A stretch of DNA of 64,000 nt, taken from contig NIVC01002178.1 of assembly GCA_002269645.1 (NCBI GenBank), positions 131,422-195,421 of the forward strand. Reading direction: 5' to 3'. Source of the stretch: Macrostomum lignano (lineage: Eukaryota). How positions within the stretch are numbered: position 1 is the stretch's first letter; each line of letters opens with the position of its first letter. Positions 40,052 to 53,187 of this stretch are shown in pieces. Made by a program: the position numbers and the translations under genes. The notes under the pieces were generated by a model, which was given only the letters and a program-made list of their open reading frames with translations, had not been told where the DNA came from and searched no databases.

Positions 40052-40687
40052 ATGACGACCGCGGATGAGGCGGATGCCGAAGTCACGGCGCCATCCAGCC
40101 AGTTCGCTGCCAGCATCAACGGCGACTCCGCTGTCGATGCCGATGCAGCCGACGAGGTGCAGCTCCGACAAAGACGGCGTCCTGACGAGAGCTCGCCCGC
40201 CGGCGACATCCCCTCGGCCGTCGAGGACATCAAGGCGGAGCGCGCATCGGCTGACGACAGCCAGCGCCAGGTGTCGATAACTCGGCCAGTGTCCATTCTG
40301 AAATCTCCGTCGCAGGCGTCGCTGCTGCTCGACTCGACATCGTCGCCGCCTTTGGCAGCCTCGCCGTCTGGCGCAACGACGCCTTTGTCAGCAGCGTCGG
40401 CCTCCAAGCGGGTTCGATTCGCCAAGAAGATCGAGCACCGCTACTGGTTCCGCCCGGATCCCAGCCAGCATGCGCACCATCATCAGTACTACTATCAGCA
40501 GCAACAGGAACTGGCTGGCTCGGTCGGCCTGCTGACCCTGCTGACTCTGGCGTTTGCTCTCGTGATGGCCCTGGCCATGACGGCCTCGTATTGTCGGGCC
40601 AAACCCGACCTCTGCGCCGCGTACGCCGGCGGGCCCTACTGGCCGGAGGCCACCGTGCGGCTTGCCAAAGGTTTGCGGCTGATCTGA
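40052..40687 (+). CDS. 211-aa putative PP1-binding, C-terminally membrane-anchored protein (SILK + RVxF + TM), consortin C-terminus-like
   Basis: An in-frame TGA lies immediately before the ATG, and codons are GC3-rich inside an AT-rich region. SILK is at aa 81-84, KRVRF at 119-123, a hydrophobic helix at about 157-179, followed by SYC-x6-C. Confidence 0.8.
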   Translation: MTTADEADAEVTAPSSQFAASINGDSAVDADAADEVQLRQRRRPDESSPAGDIPSAVEDIKAERASADDSQRQVSITRPVSILKSPSQASLLLDSTSSPPLAASPSGATTPLSAASASKRVRFAKKIEHRYWFRPDPSQHAHHHQYYYQQQQELAGSVGLLTLLTLAFALVMALAMTASYCRAKPDLCAAYAGGPYWPEATVRLAKGLRLI

Positions 40688-40845
40688 CGCATTGGTCCCG
40701 CAGATCTTTTGCGTAACAGTTTGCAGTTCCTCTTCAATGCCTCTGTCTGCACCCTCTGTACTTTATGGGACCTGTTCGCGCCTGCCATTCCCATGCTTTC
40801 TCCCGGGTCTGACAATTTCGGTGTAGCTGGAAACTTGTGTCTGAC

Positions 40846-42290
40846 AATTGTGCTTGATGTGACTGACAATTGTGATTAATGTGACTGACAATTGTGATTA
40901 ATGTGACTGACAATTGTGATTGATGTGACTGACAATTGTGATTGATGTGACTGACAATTGTGATTAATGTGACTGACAATTGTGATTGATGTGTCTGACA
41001 ATTGTGATTGATGTGTCTGACAATTGTGCTTGATGTGACTGACAATTGTGATTGATGTGTCTGACAATTGTGTTTGATGTGTCTGACAATTGTGATTAAT
41101 GTGACTGACAATTGTGATTGATGTGACTGACAATTGTGCTTGATGTGACTGACAATTGTGATTAATGTGACTGACAATTGTGATTGATGTGTCTGACAAT
41201 TGTGATTGATCTGACTGACAATTGTGATTGATCTGACTGACAATTGTGCTTGATGTGTCTGACAATTGTGCTTTGATGTGTCTGACAATTGTGCTTGATG
41301 TGTCTGACAATTGTGCTTTGATGTGTCTGACAATTGTGATTAATGTGACTGATAGTCGTGACTGATGTGACTGACAATTGTGCTTGATGTGTCTGACAAT
41401 TGTGATTGATGTGACTGATAGTCGTGACTGATGTGACTGACAATTGTGCTTGATGTGTCTGACAATTGTGATTGATACTGACTGATAGTCGTGACTGATG
41501 TGACTGACAATTGTGCTTGATGTGTCTGACAATTGTGATTGATGTGACTGACAATTGTGATTGATGTGACTGATAGTCGTGACTGATGTGACTGACAATT
41601 GTGATTGATGTGACTGACAATTGTGCTTGATGTGTCTGACAATTGTGATTAATGTGACTGATAGTCGTGACTGATGTGACTGACAATTGTGCTTGATGTG
41701 TCTGACAATTGTGATTGATGTGACTGATAGTCGTGACTGATGTGACTGACAATTGTGCTTGATGTGTCTGACAATTGTGATTGATGTGACTGATAGTCGT
41801 GACTGATGTGACTGACAATTGTGATTAATGTGACTGATAGTCGTGACTGATGTGACTGACAATTGTGATTGATGTGACTGACAATTGTGCTTGATGTGTC
41901 TGACAATTGTGCTTGATGTGTCTGACAATTGTGATTAATGTGACTGATAGTCGTGACTGATGTGACTGACAATTGTGCTTGATGTGTCTGACAATTGTGA
42001 TTGATGTGACTGATAGTTGTGACTGATGTGACTGACAATTGTGCTTGATGTGTCTGACAATTGTGATTGATGTGACTGATAGTCGTGGCTGATGTGACTG
42101 ACAATTGTGCTTGATGTGTCTGACAATTGTGATTGATGTGACCGACAATTGTGACTGATGTGACTGACAATTGTGATTGATGTGACTGATAGTCGTGACT
42201 GATGTGACTGACAATTGTGATTGATGTGACTGACAATTGTGATTGATGTGACTGACAGTCGTGACTGATGTGACTGACAATTTTGACTGA
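40846..42290. repeat. 22-bp minisatellite (GACTGACAATTGTGATTGATGT)n with variant (GACTGATAGTCGTGACTGATGT)
   Basis: Period 22 between copies at 40861 and 40883; about 65 copies. Confidence 0.95.
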
Positions 42291-44235
42291 TGCAATTGAG
42301 AATTGACACACTAGCGTCAGTTCCTTCCTGGCGCCCCCCCCCCAAACATCCATTTCAGTCTTGTACTCAGTATTTCATAGCGCTATCCTGGCTAACCTTG
42401 AATTATCATTTAATTCCTTTTTAATTTAAGCTTTTTGATTGCAAAATAATTTCAATTTAAATTTACCAACACCACCATTAGCAATCAACTGGTGCCAAAA
42501 CCTTACAAATTGCCCTGCTTCAAAGTGTATATCATTCTTTGTTTGGAAATCCGAACTCACACGCTTCAGCCTCATTCTTGTGTGCATAAATTTGAATTGA
42601 TTAGTTTATAACTATATATAGTAATTCTATTGTAAAGAAAAACTGTAATACGTGGCACTTCACTACTAAAATTGCGATTGTAATGCATAAATTCCATTCG
42701 ATTTGATTTTCTAATTGAATACTTGCAATTCTGTGCGCTTACACTCGCTTGTCTGTTCTGCCTGTGATAAACTGATTGGGAACACGCACTGCTGCTATTT
42801 GTGCTGCTTCATCTGATTCCTTCTAATTATTATTTTTTATTTGCTTTCTGGGACAATCCTCAAAAATTGGCATCGGCTTTAGTGTTGAATGTTTTAAAAA
42901 TTTGTTCTTTTTTAAATTAGTAAGAAGTAAGTAGAATGTGCTTGTTATGCTACTGAAAAGAATCAGTAGCTTGTCAGTGTATGCTTAGATGTTTACTGTA
43001 ATTATTTTTTGTCTATTCAAACTCAAAATATTGTTATTAGCGATTTTTTGTTTTGTAGTTCAAAAGAAACAGATTATATTCGTGCCGTACTACTGAACTT
43101 TTGGAAATCAGTAGTATGATATGAAGAGGTTAGAATGGTTGATTAATTATCATTTGCTTTCACCTTATATTGAGAGCCAAATGTTAGCGCTTGTCCCGTT
43201 GAAAGCGTTATCGCGACTTTGTAACAACTAAAACGACTGGTCTGTAATGCAACCGAGAGGCGACTGTGGAGTCAGTGAGTTGAGTTGCAGAATCGTAAAA
43301 ATAGTCGCAAAAATGCTATTTTACATGCAACGATTTCATCGGACTGTCCCACTGATTGCGCCATTATCGGGGGCTGCGTATGTTGATTGCTAATTGTCTT
43401 TTTTGTTTTGTAATTAAATTTTATTGCTTGGCCTAAGTTATAGTTATTACAAGCCTATATTGGCACATTATGAAACAATGCGAAATCTGATTTCTGATTT
43501 GAAGTCATTATAACAATCGTAAAATAAGCTGTCAAGTTCAAGGCAAGCTGACAGAATCAGGATGCCCCGAGGCTGGCAGGTTGCCATGGGCATTGTTAAG
43601 ACTCGGTTTGAAAGATATGGCCCAATCTTGAGTCCAATCCAGCGCAATATTGCTAATCTCTCTCTCTCTCTCTCTCTCTCTCTGATCTGTTGTTTTATTA
43701 TTTTCGATACACTGGAAAGCACTTATCAGGCTTGACAAGTTGTAATCTTGTTGAGCGCCTCTCAAATGGACAAAGACCTGAACTAGTCTTTGTAGATATT
43801 TTTACACCATCGGGGGCCCGCCGTCTTGCCCAGTGAGTGAGGATGCGGGGTGGGGGGAGGGTTATCGAGAATTAAAAGTGTATAATGAGGGGTTGCGTCG
43901 GCATGCGGTGGGAGAAACTCATCGACAGAAGCCTCGCAGTCCTGAGCAGTCGGTGGGGGCGGTCCTGGCCGGGGCTCATTAGCTGGCCGAACCTCCACCG
44001 ATGCTGGACTCTGATAAGCGGCTCAGTTTTCACTGATCGCCGCTGACAAACTGCCCGAGAGCTGCCGGGCTTGAGCTGGAGAGTTTGAGACTTCAGCTGG
44101 TCGGGAGTCCTTCCTGCAGTGCCAACGATGAGATCAGCAACTGAGGGGGTTGGATAGTGTTGCGGGGACGGTCAGGCGGCTGGAATGAAGGTGGAGGACA
44201 AAGGACTGACTGACCGACAGCAAGATAGACACTAT

Positions 44236-44269
44236 TATGGTATGGTATGCAGACAGACACTATGACATC

Positions 44270-44301
<32 letters not shown>

Positions 44302-45025
44302 AAGACAGACAGACAGACAGACACTGACATGCAGACAGACACTGACATACAGACACTGACATACAGACAGACACTGACATACAAACACTGAGATACAGAC
44401 AGACACTAACAATCAGACAGACACTGACAGACAGACAGACGCTATGACATCCAGACAGACACTGACATGCAGACAAACACTGACATACAGACAGACACTG
44501 ACATACAAACACTGAGATACAGACAGACACTAACAATCAGACAGACACTGACAGACAGACAGACGCTATGACATCCAGACAGACACTGACATGCAGACAA
44601 ACACTGACATCCAGACAGACACTGACATACAAACACTGAGATACAGACAGACACTAACAATCAGACAGACACTGACAGACAGACAGACGCTATGACATCC
44701 AGACAGACACTGACATGCAGACAAACACTGACATACAGACAGACACTGACATACAAACACTGAGATACAGACAGACACTAACAATCAGACAGACAGACAG
44801 ACGCTATGACATCCAGACAGACACTGACATACAAACACTGAGATACAGACAGACACTAACAATCAGACAGACAGACGCTATGACATCCAGACAGACACTG
44901 ACATGCAGACAGACACTATGACAGAGAGACAGACGCTATGACATCCAGACAGACACTGACATGCAGACAGACACTATGACAGAGAGACACTGACATACAG
45001 ACAGACACCATGACAGAGAGATGAC
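44236..45025. repeat. GACA-based compound repeat with a 124-bp higher-order unit
   Basis: Near-identical ORFs offset by 124 bp (44442 versus 44566). Confidence 0.9.
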
Positions 45026-45906
45026 ACAGGCTGAAAGACAAATACATTTACAGGAGTTGTTGCACGCTCATTCTACAGAAAATTTTCAGGCGTGTACGTA
45101 AAAAGCAAACCAACAAATTCTTCATCAATTTCATATTAAAAAAATGCTAAAAAATGGTTCGATTACAAAATTCGATCTCATGCAAGGCGATTAAAAAGCA
45201 GCACAACAAGAACTGGTCAAGATCCCCTGATCCCCTCATTTCAATCATAGATTGCATTAGCATGGCGGGGTTGAGCAGAAACTAACTCTCCGCTGGGGCA
45301 GTCAGTTTCTAGGAAAGTCCAGCTCTCGCCTGAGAGCGGCGGCTTCATTGAAAGCTGGGAGAAAAGCTCTCAAGGGATCTGGGAAGTGGGGGCTTTAGGG
45401 AAGACTGCTTGCAATCCGACACCTGAGAAACATTCTCACCTCTCCCTCCTCCACCTCTGTTTAAAATCAATTTCTAATCGCTTTCTCCTCCGCATCTTGG
45501 CAAGGATTTTGCCGCTCCGGCTGGTCGCTGAGTTTAGGATCGAGTTACGCCCCCCTAACCCTGCCGCCTGGCGTCTCCTGTAGCCAATATCCGAGAGAAA
45601 ATCTCCGAGTCTGAACAGACTTAAAAAAACTTCCTAAAACCGTTCTCTCGCTTCATCAGCTCAAAAGCAGTCCACCCAGTTGTTAAGATGTAGAAAAGGT
45701 TCAAATTTAGGAGAGGCTCATACAAAACAACATGATCACTGTGATGCTCATACAGAACAGCATGATCACTGTGATGCTCATACATAAAAGTCTGACAACT
45801 GTATGACTTCATTAAGCATCTAGTCGATGCAGTCATAAGAATTTATATGACTAATTTGACAGTGATGACCACACTTCGCTCGAGTTCATTATTTACTGTC
45901 AAGAAT

Positions 45907-46119
45907 CCATTCTGCTCATACCAATAATGGTCAATGACCCATTCTGCTCATACCAATAATGGTCAATGACCCATTCTGCTCATATCAATAATGGTCAATG
46001 ACCCATTCTGCTCATACGAATAATGGTCAATGACCCATTCTGCTCATACCGATAATGGTCTATGACCCATTCTGCTCATACCGATAATGGTCAATGACCC
46101 ATTCTGCTTATTCCGATAA
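45907..46119. repeat. 32-bp minisatellite (CCATTCTGCTCATACCAATAATGGTCAATGAC)n
   Basis: Period 32 (45907, 45939); about 7 copies. Confidence 0.92.
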
Positions 46120-46725
46120 TTCTGAGGGTCACGTTCTGCTTATATTTTATGATCACTATCACATAGCTCATACTGATTATTATGACCGCGGTCATCATCT
46201 GGCAGCAACATGGTGACTGACCGACTTCTCCCAGTCAAATGCTAAGGAGGCACTTCCTCCATAGCCGTCAGTCTCAATACTTGCAGCGTCTCCCTGTCAG
46301 ATTGTCACAGCGCTGACAGAAACCCGATGCTCGTCGCAGATCGCCCCGGGGCTGCTCAAACAAAGGGAATTCGCGCCCGAACTGCAAATCGAACTGAGAA
46401 GACTAAAAAAGGCAGCCTCGATAAGAAACGACTCCGAGAGCCCGGCAGTGTCTGGTTGATGCGGGACCAATCTGAATTTATAATTTTTCAATAGGGAAAC
46501 TGCATGTCTGTGCTGCAATCCTTCAGCGATTCGAAAGGATTCTCAGTGAACTGGATAGCAGCGAGAGAAAAGGGTCAGGCCGGGGGGAGTCAGCTTCTAG
46601 AGAGTCAGGTTATAAGGAGTCAGAGTATTGAGAGAGTCAGTTTATTGAGAGAGTCAGCGCAAAAAGAATCAGATGATGGATAGAGTCAGATCATAGAAAC
46701 AGGTTATTATAGAGTGAGTCATAAG

Positions 46726-47828
46726 AGAGAAACTGGTCATAAGAGAGAAACTGGTCATAAGAAATCAAGAAACTGGTCATAAGAAATCAAGAAACTGGTC
46801 ATAAGAGAGAAACTGGTCATAAGAGAGAAACTGGTCATAATAGAGAAACTGGTCATAATAGAGAAACAGTTCATAATAGAGAAACTGATCATAAGAGAGA
46901 AACTGGTCATAAGATAGAAACAGTTCATAAGATAGAAACAGGTCATAATAGAGAAACAGTTCATAATAGAGAAACTGATCATAAGAGAGAAACTGGTCAT
47001 AAGATAGAAACAGTTCATAAGATAGAAACAGTTCATAAGATAGAAACAGTTCATAAGATAGAAACAGGTCATAAGATAGAAACAGTTCATAAGATAGAAA
47101 CAGGTCATAAGATAGAAACAGTTCATAATAGAGAAACTGATAATAAGAGAGAAACTGGTCATAAGATAGAAACAGTTCATAAGATAGAAACAGTTCATAA
47201 GATAGAAACAGTTCATAAGATAGAAACAGGTCATAAGATAGAAACAGTTCATAAGATAGAAACAGGTCATAAGATAGAAACAGTTCATAAGATAGAAACT
47301 GGTCATATGAGAGAAACTGGTCATAATAGTAAAACTGGTCATAATAGAGAAACTGGTCATAAGAGAGAAACTGTTCATAATAGAGAAACTGGTCATAAGA
47401 GAGAAACTGTTCATAATAGAGAAAAAGGTCATAAGAGAGAAAAAAGTCATAAGAAATGAGAAACAGGTCATAAGAAATCGAGAAACAGATCATAAGAAAT
47501 CGAGAAACTGGTCATAAGAGAGAAACTGGTCATAAGAGAGAAACAGGTCATAAGATAGAAACAGTTCATAAGATAGAAATAAACAGGTCATAAGATAGAA
47601 ACAGTTCATAAGAGAGAAACTGATCATAAGAGAGAAACTGATCATAAGAGAGAAACTGATCATATGTGAGAAACTGGTCATAAGAGAGAAACTGATCATA
47701 TGTGAGAAACTGGTCATAAGAGAGAAACTGGTCATAAGAGAGAAACTGATCATAAGAGAGAAACTGGTCATAAGAGAGAAACTGATCATAAGAGAGAAAC
47801 TGATCATATGTGAGAAACTGGTCATAAG
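46726..47828. repeat. 18-bp minisatellite (GTCATAAGAGAGAAACTG)n
   Basis: Direct repeat with degenerate flank from about 46600. Confidence 0.95.
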
Positions 47829-48919
47829 AGAGAAACTGGTCATAATAAAGGCTCAGCTCCAGAAGCGGTCATTAAGCCTCTTCAAGCAACGGTCAGCCTC
47901 AACGGCCACCCCCGTCAGGCACACTGAGGCACCGCTCTCGAACCCCAAAAGTTGACAATCGCGGCCTGTGCTTCTCTCTCTTTCCACAGCGCTCGCCGCC
48001 GCTGACCCCAGAGCTGAACAGCGTCAGGGAAAAACCTCCTCCTCATCCTCCTCCTCCGCCTTCATCCTCATTCAGCCTGCGTGTTTGCCGCTCTCGATTC
48101 GATTCGAGTGGGCGAAACTCCTCGAAAAAATCTCCCTTCGGACCCATATGGGCTCTCACTTGCCGCCCTTCAGTCCGCAAGCTTAGTCCAAGCCGTAGGG
48201 CCGTCTGTTTGTTCAATATCACATTTCCCACAGCAAGGGCGGCGTTGAATTGAGTTTTATATAGAGCCCCCCCCCAACTTTCCCTTAAGTAAAAAGTAAA
48301 GTGTATATACTGTGCAATAAATACGGTTGCGTGGGAGAGGTTGTAGACTAAAAGTTGACAATCAAAAACCAGTATAGAAATTAATTTGTTTGTGAAAATT
48401 CCAAGTCTAATGTTGAGTACTGCTCAAGTTAGAGATGGCAGAGTTTTCTTTGGCGAGTTATTTAACAAAAAAAATGAGCAGACAATGCAGACTACGATAG
48501 GGGAAGCGGGAGGGCTGTGAAAGAGGAAGCAGAAACCAGATCCCACTGCAAATATTGGGGTGGGGGCAAGCCAACAGTCCAATATCCGTCAGGTTCCTCC
48601 CGCAGCTGAAGTGTGTGCATTAGACTTCTGTTGGTGCCACCGCGCGGGCCAGCGGGCTCCTGCAACCTCCGGCAGGAGACACGCGGGAATTGAGGCTCGA
48701 ACCGAAAGTTCCGTTCGATATCAGCAGATGTTGGGCAGCGGTTGGGAGTGCGCTTGAATATAAATGACAGGACATGAGCCGCTGCTGTGACTGTACTGTC
48801 ACTCACCCAAATCACTTTCTCGACTGTGAGAGTCCCTGCCTAGTGTGTGTTTTCTTTGTCATGAGCGGCATTTATTCAGATTGCAATTTACTGGGGTTAG
48901 AAGCGATGATTACAGGAGT

Positions 48920-50100
48920 TGTGAGCAATATTTACTGGGATTATGACCGATATCTACTGTGAGATTATGAGCGATATCCACTGCAAGGTTATGACCAATA
49001 TCTACGGTGAGATTATGAGCAATATTTTCTGAGATTATGAGCGATATCTACTGAGATTATGACCAATATCTACTGTGAGATTATGAGCAATATCCACTGT
49101 AATATGAGAAATATTTACTAGGATTATGAGCGATATTTACATGGATTATGAGCGAAAATTGCTGGGATTATGAGCGATATTTACTTGGATTATGAGCGAA
49201 AATTGCTGGGATTATGAGCGATATTTACTTGGATTATGAGCGAAAATTGCTGGGATTATGAGCGATATTTACTTGGATTATGAGCGAAAATTGCTGGGAT
49301 TATACGCGATATTTACTTGGATTATGAGCGATATTTACATGGATTATGAGCGAAAATTGCTGGGATTATGAGCGATATTTACTTGGATTATGAGCGATAT
49401 TTACTTGGATTATGAGCGATATTTACTTGGATTATGAGCGATATTTACATGGATTATGAGCGAAAATTGCTGGGATTATGAGCGATATTTACTTGGATTA
49501 TGAGCGATATTTACATGGATTATGAGCGAAAATTACTGGGATTATGAGCGATATTTACTTGGATTATGAGCGATATTTACATGGATTATGAGCGAAAATT
49601 ACTGGGATTATGAGCGATATTTACTTGGATTATGAGCGATATTTACATGGATTATGAGCGAAAATTACTGGGATTTTGAGCAATATTTACTTGGATTATG
49701 AGCGATATTTGCTGTAAGATAATGACAAATATCTACTGTGTGATTATGACCCATGTCTACTGTGAGATTATGACCAATAACCAGTGTGAGATTATGACCA
49801 ATAACCAGTGTGAGATTATGACCAATATCCAGTGTGAGATTATGACCAATATCTACTGTGTGATTATGAGCAATATCTACTGTGTTATTATGACCCATGT
49901 CTACTGTGAGATTATGACCAATATCCAGTGTGAGATTATGACCAATATCCAGTGTGAGATTATGACCAATATCTACTGTGTGACTATGAGCAATATCTAC
50001 TGTGTGATTATGACCCATGTCTACTGTGTGATTATGACCCATATCTACTGTGAGATTATGACCAATATCCAGTGTGAGATTATGACCGATATCTACCTCT
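48920..50100. repeat. Compound 22/24-bp minisatellite (GATTATGAGCGATATTTACTTG)n / (GTGAGATTATGACCAATATCTACT)n
   Basis: Direct repeats sharing a GATTATGA core. Confidence 0.93.
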
Positions 50101-50974
50101 GTGAGATGATCAGCCAATTCGCTAATAATTCAAGCCTTTAAACAGTTCAAACACCTGGTTTTTAGTTTCTAATCCTCTAGCTCGAGAACCGTTTTGCTCA
50201 AACTCTAAATCTATTCGAAATGATTTTATCCAGGTGTTACTTCACTCGATGTAAGATTTACAGTTGATCGAATTCTTTAAACCAACCTTAATCTAAACCA
50301 AATCAACCCAGGTCTGAATACAGTGGGATGAATGCCTTCGGGGCTTGAGCACCCCAGTCCAGCTGGTCATACGCCACCACCGCCGCTGTTCCTTGCTTTT
50401 TTTCCCCAACCGCTACCCCTCTCCCAAGTTTGAACTGTTAATCAAGGGGGACCCCCCTATCCGTCATTTGGCCATCAAACTTGTCACTGATAGCAGGGCG
50501 GGCAGGCAGTATCCACCTGGAGCTGCATACTGGAGACTGCCCTGCCCTGTTCCCATATGGACCCCGGGGACAGCCTCTGCTCATTAGCCTCGCGAGCATG
50601 TGATGCAACACCTTAACTAACCCGCGCCCCGTGCGCATTCTCGGTATCCTTGTAATTAAAATACTCAACTATGTATGAGCTCATTGTAAAATTTGAATCC
50701 AATTTTGTTCGCTAATATAGAGTAAAGCTATTTTCCAGCTAACCGACAGATTGGGGCGCGAGAAACTCGACAGTTCGCCGAGCTTATCTGGGCGAATCAT
50801 CTTGGCGGCTCGCCTTTCGGCTGGTCTGAAAGGGGACAAGAATTCACTGGGGCGCTGCCCGATGGGAGAATGCAAGGTCGTCAGCTTTCACCGGAACTGG
50901 CCGTGCCAGCCCAGCAGATCCGGTTGCTTCCGGCTCTTGCAGATCCTGCGGCACCCCATCTGCTCAGGGAGCTT

Positions 50975-51149
<175 letters not shown>

Positions 51150-51792
51150 TTAAATAAAAATACTCCCATTTCAGTTGCAAACATTTCCCCAAATGGAGTT
51201 GCTACAATAATTTAAAATATGCAAATTTATGCGCCGTCAACAAGTCAGTGACTCGCTCCAGCCGCACGCAGCCGCAGGCACTGGATGCACTGGACCCAGT
51301 CGCGAGCCTAATGACCCGGATACATGCAGAAAGTCGAACGCCCTTTGTTTCTCCGGCTCGGCGGAAGTCATAAACAAACAAGAAAGCCCCCAGCAGCTGC
51401 TGTAGAGGCGACCTGGGCACTGGGGGATCGGGGAGTCCCCAATCGGCTTCCCTCCGAAACCCGAGATCCGCCTGCCCGGCCGCCCCTCACTCCGGCAAGT
51501 TTTTAGCGGCGCATAGCAACTAAAAAAAATCGAAAGTAGGAATTGATGAGGGGTTGGGGGTGGTGACAAACAATTTCGTCACACCTTGGCTGAGCCGCCT
51601 CGTCACTCGGGTGCCGGGTGCTTCTGTCTCCATCGTCCCTCGCCAACCAACTGTCTCGCCTTTGCCCTCCTCTGCCACCCCAGCCCAGAGCCGTCGAATG
51701 GGTAAGCTGATACCCCCCCCCCCCCTAACTCGGAGATTTCCGAAGGGCGAAAGGAGAAGGCGCGATAGAGAGAGAGGGCGCGAGGGCCGCTG

Positions 51793-51820
51793 CCCTGCCA
51801 GCCAATCAGAAACCCGATAG
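51793..51820 (+). promoter_or_regulatory. Putative Six-B promoter element: CCAAT box (CAGCCAATCAG) abutting a SIX-type site GAAACCCGATA (51809-51819)
   Basis: Motifs are seen directly and mirror the Six-A upstream motifs. Confidence 0.5.
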
Positions 51821-52200
51821 GCCCTGGCCGGCTGGGGGGGGGGCTTCGGCCGCGTCCCGGTTTTTACCGCCGAATTTCTCACCAGCCCGAGTCCGCATCC
51901 GCATATTGTCACTCTCACCGTCACTTAAGCCGACTCGCCGCGTCCCATCCCGTTTCCAATTTCAATCTCGCTGACTCCGCTGGCTTTTGTGCGCTTGGTT
52001 CAGCTTTCATATCAGCTTTCACAGTTATTGTTTTCGCTTTCTGAGGAGAGGGAGAGACAGAGACGACGGACTTGAAGGCCAGAATCTCGCGGATTGATGA
52101 CACGGCTGGCTCGGCAGCGACAGGAATAAGCCGCGCCAGGAACTCGTCAGGATCGTCTTGCGCTCAAGCGCTCGCTCGCGAGAGAGAGTAGGGCTGGTAG

Positions 52201-52343
52201 GTAAGTCAATCTTATCCACAGCGGATCGGGTGTCTCAGGCACTGTAAAGCGAGATAGAGAGGCGGAGTGGCGGCAGTAGGGCTGGGAAGTAGAACCCGAT
52301 CTCACTCTGCTCACCGCTAACTTCTCCGCTTACTGTTCCGCAG
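52201..52343 (+). other. Putative 143-nt 5'UTR intron of Six-B
   Basis: AG|GTAAGT donor, GCTAAC branch site (52316-52321), pyrimidine tract, and CAG acceptor 55 nt before the ATG. Confidence 0.65.
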
Positions 52344-52398
52344 TCGGCAGTGAAATATAGGGCCAAGCGAGGCGGCAGCGAAGCCCCAGCCAGGCCAG

Positions 52399-53171
52399 AT
52401 GATCCAGCAGTCCCAGGACTGTTATCTACCCTGCGCATCTGTCGAAGACCGAGCCTACAGTGAGCAGACTCTGCAACAGCAGCAGCAACAACAGCAGACC
52501 CAGACTCCTCAGCAGGCAACTCAGAGCCAGGAGCTTCATCAGCTGATCCCGCAGCATCACCAGCCGATTCTGTCAGCGGATGATTCCGAATGCTCAGTCG
52601 GCGGCGCCGCTGGCGCTGGCAGCGGCGGGTGCCGGTTCACCCAGGAGCAGGTGGCCTGCGTGTGCGAAGTCATGCGCAGCTCCGGCGACATGGACCGCCT
52701 GTCCCGCCTGATCTGGTCTCTGCCGCCCTGCGAGCAGCTGCACCGCAATGAGTCCGTGCTCACCGCCAAGGCCTACGTGGCCTCGCACCGGGAGAACTAC
52801 AAGGAGCTCTACAGGATTCTGGAGAGTCACAACTTCTCGCCACGGCTGCACCCGCAGCTGCAGGCTCTGTGGCTGAACGCGCACTATCGCGAGGAGGAGA
52901 AGGTCAAGGGCCGGCCGCTCGGCGCCGTGGCCAAGTACCGGGTGCGGCGGAAGTTCCCGCTGCCCCGGACCATCTGGGATGGCGAGGAGACCTCCTACTG
53001 CTTCAAGGAGAAGTCCAGACAGGTGCTGCGCGAGTGGTACGCGCACAACCCCTACCCGTCACCGAGGGAGAAGAAAGAGCTGGCGGAGGAGACCGGCCTG
53101 ACCACCACTCAGGTGTCCAACTGGTTCAAGAACCGGAGACAGCGGGATCGGGCAGCTGACGGCAAGGACAA
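52399..53171 (+). CDS. six1/2: Six1/2 (sine oculis class) homeobox gene B, coding exon 1 (divergent SIX domain + homeodomain)
   Basis: SIX domain plus ETSY homeodomain ending [10 protein letters not shown]. The AA|GTGAGT donor is at the same codon and phase as in gene A. The N-terminus MIQ is shared with gene A. Confidence 0.97.
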
Positions 53172-53187
53172 GTGAGTCGGTGGTAGA

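Noticed and set aside
39940-40425. Minus-strand 161-aa ORF
   Set aside because: Antisense shadow of the 40052-40687 gene.
49665-50117. Octapeptide-repeat ORF (DIGHNLTL)n resembling a beta-solenoid protein
   Set aside because: Direct translation of the 24-bp minisatellite, with another frame equally open and no unique coding flank.
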